Shown piece by piece: positions 39,123 to 45,710 of a stretch of DNA of 64,000 bases (positions are counted from its first letter, which is position 1; each line of letters opens with the position of its first letter). Below the pieces are notes generated by a model that worked only from the letters and a program-made list of their open reading frames with translations, was not told where the DNA came from and did no database searches. The translations under genes were made by a program, and so were the position numbers. This DNA comes from an uncultured Alphaproteobacteria bacterium (GTDB taxonomy: Bacteria > Pseudomonadota > Alphaproteobacteria > RF32 > CAG-239). Where the stretch lies: positions 103,026 through 167,025 of the forward strand of contig CANPYJ010000001.1 in NCBI GenBank assembly GCA_947588275.1. Direction: 5' to 3'.

Positions 39123-39258
39123 CTGCGGTTGCTGTGCCGAAACCAAAACTCCCAAAGCGGCGGTTTCCGGAAAGCCAGCCCGAAAAGCGGTCAAAAAATA
39201 AGCTTTGTCCGCCATACGTCAAAAAACGCCGGAAGAAGTTTCCGGCGTTTTTTATTCA
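39123..39258 (+). repeat. Direct repeat copy 2: orphan aqpZ 3' fragment plus terminator copy
   Basis: ctgcggttgctgtgccgaaaccaaaactcccaaagcggcggtttccGgaaagccagcccgaaaagcggtcaaaaaataagcTttgtcCgcc...ggaagaaGtttccggcgtttt. No upstream aqpZ body. Confidence 0.9.
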
Positions 39259-40035
39259 GAACTCCACAGTTAAATTACACCATGCTTCCAACCGTCGCCT
39301 TGCCTTACGGCGAACATTTTTGATTGGAATAAAAAAGCACAAGTACCGAATAAATTTCCTTGCGAATTTTCTTATAAGATTATAGCGTCTCCAGCCGTTG
39401 ATGTCCAAGTTTTTAAAAATCGGCGCGACATTTTTAATTTTTCCCCGAAAGCTTCCTGTATTTATATCCGCACTGTAATAAGTAATGTGAGAAGATAATT
39501 GAGTTTTTTGCGTTTCATTCGCCTGGTCTTTGTGTTCTAAAATAATATAGTCGATATTCTTTGCCATTTTTTTTGAAAAAGCGTCACAGCGGTTTTGAAT
39601 TACATCAAAAGGCGTTGGCTCTCCGTAATTAATCCAAATCAGCAAAACATTTTTGCATTTTCTTATATTTTTATAAAATTTTTTGATTCGACGCTCATAT
39701 TTGTCTTTTACCCCTTGAAAACTCTCATCCAAACTCTGTCCGCGCGGAAAATCGTGCAAAAATTTCAGATGAGTGTTTTTGTTGTAATACGGATAATGTC
39801 CTCCCTTCTCATCAAAAGGCTCGATAGGTTCAAAATCTTCTTTTTCGCAAAAGCCTTCCATATTATTCATCAGCAAATCAAACCGACTTTCCAGTCCGGT
39901 TCCCGTCACCCAATCAAACGGACCGGCAGCCAGCCGCAATTTATATTTACGCAAATAGGTCGCCGCGGCGCAGCATTCGCCGATTGAATAAATAATATCG
40001 TATTTTTTTCTTTTGCAGCCGAAAAATTCCAACAT
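39256..40035 (-). CDS. DUF1796 (papain-like-fold) family protein
   Basis: KKYDIIYSIGECCAAATYLRKYKLRLAAGPFDW matches the DUF1796 N-terminal signature. Start at MLEFFG (40035) has a GGAAGGA RBS; the ORF-track TTG start is 40128. Confidence 0.6.
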   Translation of the reverse strand: MLEFFGCKRKKYDIIYSIGECCAAATYLRKYKLRLAAGPFDWVTGTGLESRFDLLMNNMEGFCEKEDFEPIEPFDEKGGHYPYYNKNTHLKFLHDFPRGQSLDESFQGVKDKYERRIKKFYKNIRKCKNVLLIWINYGEPTPFDVIQNRCDAFSKKMAKNIDYIILEHKDQANETQKTQLSSHITYYSADINTGSFRGKIKNVAPIFKNLDINGWRRYNLIRKFARKFIRYLCFFIPIKNVRRKARRRLEAWCNLTVEF

Positions 40036-40239
40036 TTGACTATCCTTCCATACACAACCGCTTTTGAATGCAGAAAGGATATGAAAATTTTTATTATATG
40101 TAAATAATAAATTAATCCCAATAAACAAAAAAATTATTCCGTTGTCTTAATAATCACAAATTTTGTCACCAATAATAATTTTCCCTCAAAATGCCGGAAA
40201 ATGTCTTACAAAATTTTTCTAAATTCAATAATAATCGTC

Positions 40240-40268
40240 TTGACTTAGACAAAAAATTACGATATACT
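40240..40268 (+). promoter_or_regulatory. Near-consensus sigma70 promoter
   Basis: TTGACT-17 nt-TATACT, located inside the 5' part of ORF-track ORF 40191..40889. Confidence 0.6.
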
Positions 40269-40304
40269 ACCGTTAATAAAAATTATTTATATACAATTCT
40301 AATT

Positions 40305-40889
40305 ATGCAAACTTTAAAAATTTTTCGTTCGGCTTTGCAAATTCGCAATGCATCCCTGATTTTAGGCAAAGAACTTAAAGCTATCAAACTTTCGGAACCC
40401 GAAGCCATGGCTTTTTTTGACAAACCTTGGACTGACGTGGTAAAGCAATATGGTAGTGATAAACTTCTGAAAGAAAATGAGGATTACACAGGCTATGTAG
40501 CTGTTTGCTACGGTTACAGGACAGATGTGATTTATATGGACGGACAACTGAGACATTTTTCCGAAAAAGACAGTTTATTCCTTCCCTCTATTTATGCACA
40601 GGCCTGCCAAGATGAAACGTTGTATGACTGCACAAAGGCTTCAAGATCAGGCGTCTTTAACTATGTCTGGACATTCGGCGATTGCCGCTTTGCCGAGTGG
40701 GCTAAGACGCTGCAGGACACACAACGTCTTGAGGAAAACCCGAAACAGATTGCCGAAAGTCTAAAGGCAAAGCTCATTGCCGCTTTGCAGACCTCTGACC
40801 CGGTTGTGGAGCTGACGGACAGTGAAGATTACGTCCTACAATCTTATCTTGGTAGTTATTACCATAAATTTTTTGGCGTAATCTTATAA
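40305..40889 (+). CDS. Hypothetical protein (194 aa), no recognisable domain
   Basis: Start moved to MQTLKIF (40305), downstream of the promoter at 40240-40268. Ends at a strong bidirectional terminator. Its 3' half is less AT-rich than the flanking glycan genes. Confidence 0.55.
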   Translation: MQTLKIFRSALQIRNASLILGKELKAIKLSEPEAMAFFDKPWTDVVKQYGSDKLLKENEDYTGYVAVCYGYRTDVIYMDGQLRHFSEKDSLFLPSIYAQACQDETLYDCTKASRSGVFNYVWTFGDCRFAEWAKTLQDTQRLEENPKQIAESLKAKLIAALQTSDPVVELTDSEDYVLQSYLGSYYHKFFGVIL

Positions 40890-40890
40890 T

Positions 40891-40927
40891 AAAAAAAACA
40901 CGCGTTTAAAAACGCGTGTTTTTTTTA
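40891..40927. terminator. Bidirectional terminator
   Basis: aaaaaaAACACGCGTTTaaAAACGCGTGTTtttttttt. Confidence 0.9.
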
Positions 40928-41788
40928 TTCCCTTAATATCTCTTCCAACCCTTCGGAAAAATGCCTTATTTTCAACCCAAACTCATCGCTTATCTTGCGC
41001 TTGCTCAAAACCGAAAACGACGGGCGCATGGCTTTGGTTGGATACTCATAAGAAAATATCGGACGCACATTGCCCGCAAGGTTCAGTGTTTTTTTGATAA
41101 AATGCGCCAAATCATACCAGGAACACACGCCTTCGTTTGTCAGATGATACAACTTTCGAAACTCTGCCAATTCCGCGAGTTTGGGCGCAACATCATTCAG
41201 AATATATCGCACTGCGTCTTTGGCAACCGTTGGCGAACCGACTTGATCAAACACAACCGACACGTCTTTTCCCTGGGTCATCAAATTGATCATTGTATTT
41301 ATAAAACTCTTTTTGCCTTTGCGCGACAAAAGCCATGCTATTCGAAACACAACCGCTTTTTGAGCGGTGGCCAAGAGCATCTTCTCCCCCAAAATCTTAG
41401 TTTTGCCGTACACGCTCAAACCGTCGGGCTCATCTTCTTCGGTATAAGGCGTCGACTTTTGCCCGTCGAAAACATAATCAGATGAAAAGTGAATGACCGC
41501 GGCATTAATTTCATTGGCGCAGAGAGCAATATTTTTAATCGCCTTAACGGCAATCTCATAGGCCATATCGTAATTATCCTCCAACAACTCGGCATCTCGA
41601 CCGGCAGCACAGTTGACAATAAACTTTATGTCTTTTTTGTCGGCCAGATAATTTCTCAACGAATTTATATCCGTAACATCACACTCCGGCAAATCGCAAA
41701 AATAATGCCCTTCTCCCAACTGAGCTCTGAACTCTGAACCTAAACACCCGTTTGCGCCCAACACGCACATTTTGCTCATTTTCACCAT
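40925..41788 (-). CDS. RmlD-like NAD(P)-dependent sugar-nucleotide reductase/epimerase
   Basis: MCVLGANGCLGSEF Rossmann start; ...HFSSDYVFDG... (SDR YxxxK region). Start at MVKMSKM (41788) with a GGAG RBS, 2 nt after the upstream stop. Confidence 0.7.
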   Translation of the reverse strand: MVKMSKMCVLGANGCLGSEFRAQLGEGHYFCDLPECDVTDINSLRNYLADKKDIKFIVNCAAGRDAELLEDNYDMAYEIAVKAIKNIALCANEINAAVIHFSSDYVFDGQKSTPYTEEDEPDGLSVYGKTKILGEKMLLATAQKAVVFRIAWLLSRKGKKSFINTMINLMTQGKDVSVVFDQVGSPTVAKDAVRYILNDVAPKLAELAEFRKLYHLTNEGVCSWYDLAHFIKKTLNLAGNVRPIFSYEYPTKAMRPSFSVLSKRKISDEFGLKIRHFSEGLEEILRE

Positions 41789-41790
41789 TT

Positions 41791-43224
41791 CTACTCCACA
41801 CATAAAGGCAAAATATCACCAAAACTCTCAAAATTCCTCACGACGTCGGAATGGACAACTTTCACCTTTCCGCTCCCTGCCGACGCCGGCAAAGCATCGC
41901 TGAGTATCAGCGGACAGGCATAAACGGCCGCCGCACATTTCGGCAGATCTTTTGGCATAAGTTCTACCAGCGTAAAAGCCACTCCCTCACGCTTCAAAAT
42001 ATTCCGTATATGATTCAATAGCGCCTCATCATGAAACAGTTTGGGCTCAACAAACCAGCTGATGCCGTAGGGCTTTTTCTTTTTATGCGAACCGCGGACA
42101 TCTAAAAACAACTTAATTTTCTTTGACAAGCGTTTTCGCAACGGCAGTTGCTGCCAAAAACACCTATAAACTTCCGACAATCTGACATTTTCAGAGAACG
42201 CCTTGTCAGCAATTTTTCTGCGTATTTCCTTGCGCCGCAGATAAAAAGTCGTCTCCCGCCGAGAAACTTTATACGGCAACGGACAGTGGTCATAAAAAGG
42301 TTTTATTTGGGAAAAATTCTGAAAATCTTTTATAATCTTCGAGGGTTGATAATTTTGTAAAATTTCACATAAAACCGATGTTATCTTCCTGACACGCGCC
42401 CGACGAAAATAGTCTTCCATATCTTGCAAAAGATTTCCTTTCCAGCCGCTGAAATGATAAAACACCAGCTTCGAATTGTTGGCAAAATAAGTTTCGTTCC
42501 GTTTGCTGAGAGTGATTTCATGCAAATTCCATTGAGCAACATTATACCCGTCATCTTTCAAAATATGACATTTTTCAAAAAACACCGGAAACATGTCTGC
42601 CCACTTCTGATCACAAAAAAATCCTTTATTTGGCGCAAAATATCCTTTATCGGCCAGCGTCTTTCCCCAATAGTCAAGCAGCGAAACAGAGTTCGGCGTA
42701 TTTTTAAGCGCGGCAAATCCCAAATTGTAAATACCGGCGACCTGCAGTTGTTCTACTGAAACTGACATCTCAGAATCGTCCGTTGCCCGATTGGCATAAC
42801 GAATATGCGGCGTCAGAATAATGTCCGACCTATCCAGTTCATCTTCCAAAAGTTTGATAGAATTATAAAAAACAATATCCGGATCAATATAGATAACCTT
42901 TTCTGCTCCGGCATCAAAAAAAGACTTGAATACAAAAGGTTTTACGGCCGTCGCAAATTCATAAAGAATATATTTTGCCTTAAAATCATCTGCCGCAAAA
43001 TAATCGTCGATTTCATCAATAAATCTAATGTCAATACCGCTTTTTCTCAGCTTGTCAAGTCGTTGCCAAATGTCGCGGGAAGGAACTTTGTCCACCACAT
43101 AAATCACGAATTTCCAGCCCGCGTTATACTTTAAAAAACTCTCCCTCACCTTGATTCCGTACGGTAAATAATTCAACGCCACGATGGTGAATATAATTTT
43201 CTTATTTTGTTCCGCAGTTTTCAT
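41791..43224 (-). CDS. Putative GT-A-fold glycosyltransferase (GT8-like) with long C-terminal extension
   Basis: IIFTIVALNYLPYGIKVRESF...VKPFVFKSFF...KVIYIDPDIVFY (DxD-like DPD)...DIILTPH. 477 aa. Confidence 0.5.
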   Translation of the reverse strand: MKTAEQNKKIIFTIVALNYLPYGIKVRESFLKYNAGWKFVIYVVDKVPSRDIWQRLDKLRKSGIDIRFIDEIDDYFAADDFKAKYILYEFATAVKPFVFKSFFDAGAEKVIYIDPDIVFYNSIKLLEDELDRSDIILTPHIRYANRATDDSEMSVSVEQLQVAGIYNLGFAALKNTPNSVSLLDYWGKTLADKGYFAPNKGFFCDQKWADMFPVFFEKCHILKDDGYNVAQWNLHEITLSKRNETYFANNSKLVFYHFSGWKGNLLQDMEDYFRRARVRKITSVLCEILQNYQPSKIIKDFQNFSQIKPFYDHCPLPYKVSRRETTFYLRRKEIRRKIADKAFSENVRLSEVYRCFWQQLPLRKRLSKKIKLFLDVRGSHKKKKPYGISWFVEPKLFHDEALLNHIRNILKREGVAFTLVELMPKDLPKCAAAVYACPLILSDALPASAGSGKVKVVHSDVVRNFESFGDILPLCVE

Positions 43225-43299
43225 TTAAATCTCCGAAATATGCAAAAACATTTACCCAAAGCCTGCCGCTAACAGATCTTTGCGGTAATGACGCGCTGT

Positions 43300-43327
43300 A
43301 TTATACCATGCTTTATTTTTATGTAAA
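43300..43327 (-). promoter_or_regulatory. Strong extended -10 sigma70 promoter for the GT/RmlD-like operon
   Basis: Minus strand reads TTTACA-16 nt-(TGg)TATAAT, about 70 nt upstream of the ATG at 43224. Confidence 0.6.
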
Positions 43328-43425
43328 TAAATAATTTTACGATTGTGACAAAACGTATATCTGCAACGCGAAAAATATAATGTTTGTAAACGGAACTGAA
43401 ATAAAAAACGCAGGTCAAACAGCCG

Positions 43426-44499
43426 TTAATGACTGTTTTTCTCAATAAACTCCACAAGTTTTTCCGGCAAGCCGCGCGGGCCGCGCACGGCGTTTATTCC
43501 GAACTCTTTGAGGGTTGCAAACGGCAGAAAATCTCTGCCATACTTTTTAAGTCGACGGATTTTCAGCAATTTTTTAATAGTCAAATGGTTGTCTTTATAC
43601 GCATACGGAATATCGGTCTGCATAACTTCACACTTATACATCACAGCGGAATACGGCGCTCCCACATACATATAAGCCACATCGCCGACCTTGATGTTGC
43701 CTGATTGCTTCCAGTTGATTTCCTTGTGTTTTTCAAAGGCTCCAATAATATCGAAAAACTTCGGATTTGCCGGCAATATCCATACATTGCGGACAAAAGT
43801 TTTCTTTCCGCCGCCTAAAGAATAAGCGTGACTTTCTTCAAGCAACATCTCTATTGACGCGTCGGCAACCGTATCGTCAAGCACTACTGTCAGCCAATTT
43901 TGCTTGTTCATGTGATATGCCGGATAAAAACCGTCTTGCGCAACCAGTTGCGGAATTTTGTCCGAGCTGATTTTAAGATTCATAACCTCGACCTCACCGG
44001 AAGCGCCTTTTTGAATCCGACTTCTGTCAATGGTCATAATCAAAGCATACCATTTTCCGTTATCAGGATTCTTAAAAACGCCGTGCTGAGGATATTTGTC
44101 CCACGGAAATTGCGGCAAATCGCCATATTTGCGGGCGACCCAAGCCGTCAGACGATTGGCCTGTGCGCCGGCAAACGTTTTGCAGGTACAGCAGTTATCC
44201 CTGATATTTCGCAAAATATCTTCATAAGCTGCCCGAACTTGTCCGGCAAACCCCACGTTCATACTCTCTACCCGCAGCGGATAATATTCATCCTGAGCGG
44301 CCGCATCATAAACACAGCCGGAAACTTTGCCGTTTTCGCCGATAACAACCCGCGCGGCAAAATCGCCGTCCATAAATTGTGTTTCAAAAACATAAGCGTC
44401 ATTCTGCTTTTTAAAACCGTACTTTTTCAATTTTTCAAAACAAACAGCCGAACGCTTAAATATATTTTCTTCAATTTGATAAGATTTTTCCGTTATCAT
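43426..44499 (-). CDS. MmcQ/YjbR-family protein fused to a C-terminal PUA-like (EVE/ASCH-like) domain
   Basis: YjbR core: FPWDKYPQHGVFKNPDNGKWYALIMTI...GFYPAYHMNKQNWLTVVLDD. C-terminal VWILPANPKFFDIIGAFEKHKEINWKQSGNIKVGDVAYMYVGAPYSAVMYKCEV is PUA-like (tentative). Start at MITEKS (44499). Confidence 0.7.
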   Translation of the reverse strand: MITEKSYQIEENIFKRSAVCFEKLKKYGFKKQNDAYVFETQFMDGDFAARVVIGENGKVSGCVYDAAAQDEYYPLRVESMNVGFAGQVRAAYEDILRNIRDNCCTCKTFAGAQANRLTAWVARKYGDLPQFPWDKYPQHGVFKNPDNGKWYALIMTIDRSRIQKGASGEVEVMNLKISSDKIPQLVAQDGFYPAYHMNKQNWLTVVLDDTVADASIEMLLEESHAYSLGGGKKTFVRNVWILPANPKFFDIIGAFEKHKEINWKQSGNIKVGDVAYMYVGAPYSAVMYKCEVMQTDIPYAYKDNHLTIKKLLKIRRLKKYGRDFLPFATLKEFGINAVRGPRGLPEKLVEFIEKNSH

Positions 44500-44777
44500 C
44501 TGCTCCTGCCGAATTAATCTTATAAAAACCATATTTTTTTGCAAGCAAAACTTACAACGGCACCCTGCCCGCATTTTTTTGATTCCTGCACTTATGTCTC
44601 AAATGGCTTTGTACAATGCGCCAAATACCTTGACGAAGCTCTGGAAGCCGCACGACGAATAGTCAATTTCAAATTTTGTCCGCGACCTCTCTATTGCCGA
44701 TCAAACGATTTTACCACCCGCCAGCGGGTATTTTTGTAAAATCAATCGCCCATGTCACCGTAAAAATAAAAAAGCTC

Positions 44778-44806
44778 TTGACTGTCTTCGGGATTTGGCT
44801 TATTTT
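44778..44806 (+). promoter_or_regulatory. Promoter-like element about 190 nt upstream of tRNA(CAU)
   Basis: TTGACT-17 nt-TATTTT. Confidence 0.3.
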
Positions 44807-44996
44807 GCACTTGCTTAAATAGCTGCAAAGTTAGATTGCATGCAAGCATACAGTGCCGCGCGCCATTGTTACGAGCAAGTAACGGAAGCAATGTTGCCGA
44901 GGTTGTTTTTGAAACCGAAGCCTGCGATGCGACGACAACTGTTTCTTATTATTGTAAATATGCCGCATGCCGATATTAGAAGTCGGCACTATCTGC

Positions 44997-45073
44997 GGGC
45001 CCTTAGCTCAGTTGGTTAGAGCCGGCCGCTCATAACGGTCTGGTCGTTGGTTCGAGTCCATCAGGGCCCACCA
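44997..45073 (+). tRNA. tRNA with CAU anticodon, tRNA-Ile2 (lysidine)-like; elongator Met not excluded
   Basis: GGGCCCTTAGCTCAGTTGGTTAGAGCCGGCCGCTCATAACGGTCTGGTCGTTGGTTCGAGTCCATCAGGGCCCACCA. Closely parallels E. coli ileX (GGCCCCTTAGCTCAG..GGTTAGAGC...CTCATAA...TGGTCGCTGGTTCAAGTCCAGCAGGGGCCACCA). One T50:T64 mismatch in the T-stem. Confidence 0.9.
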
Positions 45074-45136
45074 TAACAAAACCCCTCTCTTGCAGAGGGG
45101 TTTTGTTATGATAAGTTTTGACAGCTCGAACCAACG
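45055..45136 (+). repeat. att-like direct repeat copy 1 (last 19 nt of the tRNA, terminator hairpin, ~28 nt)
   Basis: agtccatcagggcccaccataacaaaacccctctcttgcagaggggttttgttatgataagttttgacagctcgaaccaacg. Includes hairpin AACAAAACCCCTCTcttgcAGAGGGGTTTTGTT (45075-45108). Confidence 0.9.
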
Positions 45137-45243
45137 AGAAGTTGGTTTGACTACAAGGACTAGGCGAGACGGAAGTATCGCCGATTTGCTCGAGAGAGCA
45201 AAAGTCCGCCCGTGCGACCAAGGCTTTGAAAAAGCCGAAGGTC

Positions 45244-45325
45244 AGTCCATCAAGGCCCACCATAACAAAACCCCTCTCTTGCAGAGGGGTTTTGTTATGA
45301 TAAGTTTTGACAGCTCGAACCAACG
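45244..45325 (+). repeat. att-like direct repeat copy 2 (tRNA 3'-end fragment plus terminator copy), 189 bp downstream of copy 1
   Basis: Identical to copy 1 except G to A in the acceptor segment (caGggccc vs caAggccc). No tRNA body upstream. Confidence 0.9.
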
Positions 45326-45333
45326 GAAGCTGA

Positions 45334-45693
45334 TCATTTTGAGCGGTTTTTTTGAAATGAATGCTCAAAAACAATTTTGCGCCGCGCTGCATAACGTTCT
45401 CGCGAAACCTTTTCCTTATCTTGAGAAGAAACAGGCGGATTATCGCGTTTTGACATATCTTGAGAGGCTTGCAAATATTTTTTCTTTTCATTTAAGGTTT
45501 CAATTCTCTGCTTCTCCAACTCTTTAGTCGCAACAGTTCGTTCAAAAAATTTTTTGGCTTTATTCTTTGGCGCTTCCACATCACAATAGTAGAATTCTGT
45601 TTTACGACTGAGTTGACCGGCTAAAAGATTTCTCTTTTGATTTGTTTCTTCCAATTTTTCTTTTTGCTTAATAAATGTACTTTCTGAAAGCAT
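45334..45693 (-). CDS. Hypothetical Lys/Glu-rich coiled-coil protein
   Basis: 119-aa ORF ending 8 nt from repeat copy 2. No motif recognised; could be the C-terminal part of the decayed upstream gene. Confidence 0.35.
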   Translation of the reverse strand: MLSESTFIKQKEKLEETNQKRNLLAGQLSRKTEFYYCDVEAPKNKAKKFFERTVATKELEKQRIETLNEKKKYLQASQDMSKRDNPPVSSQDKEKVSRERYAARRKIVFEHSFQKNRSK

Positions 45694-45710
45694 TTGCTCT
45701 TTATAAGGAC

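Noticed and set aside
45030-45527. ORFs 45030..45491 (-) and 45090..45527 (+) showing internally repeated peptide segments
   Set aside because: They run through the tRNA, its terminator hairpins and the 82-bp direct repeats. The peptide repeats are only the translated DNA repeats.
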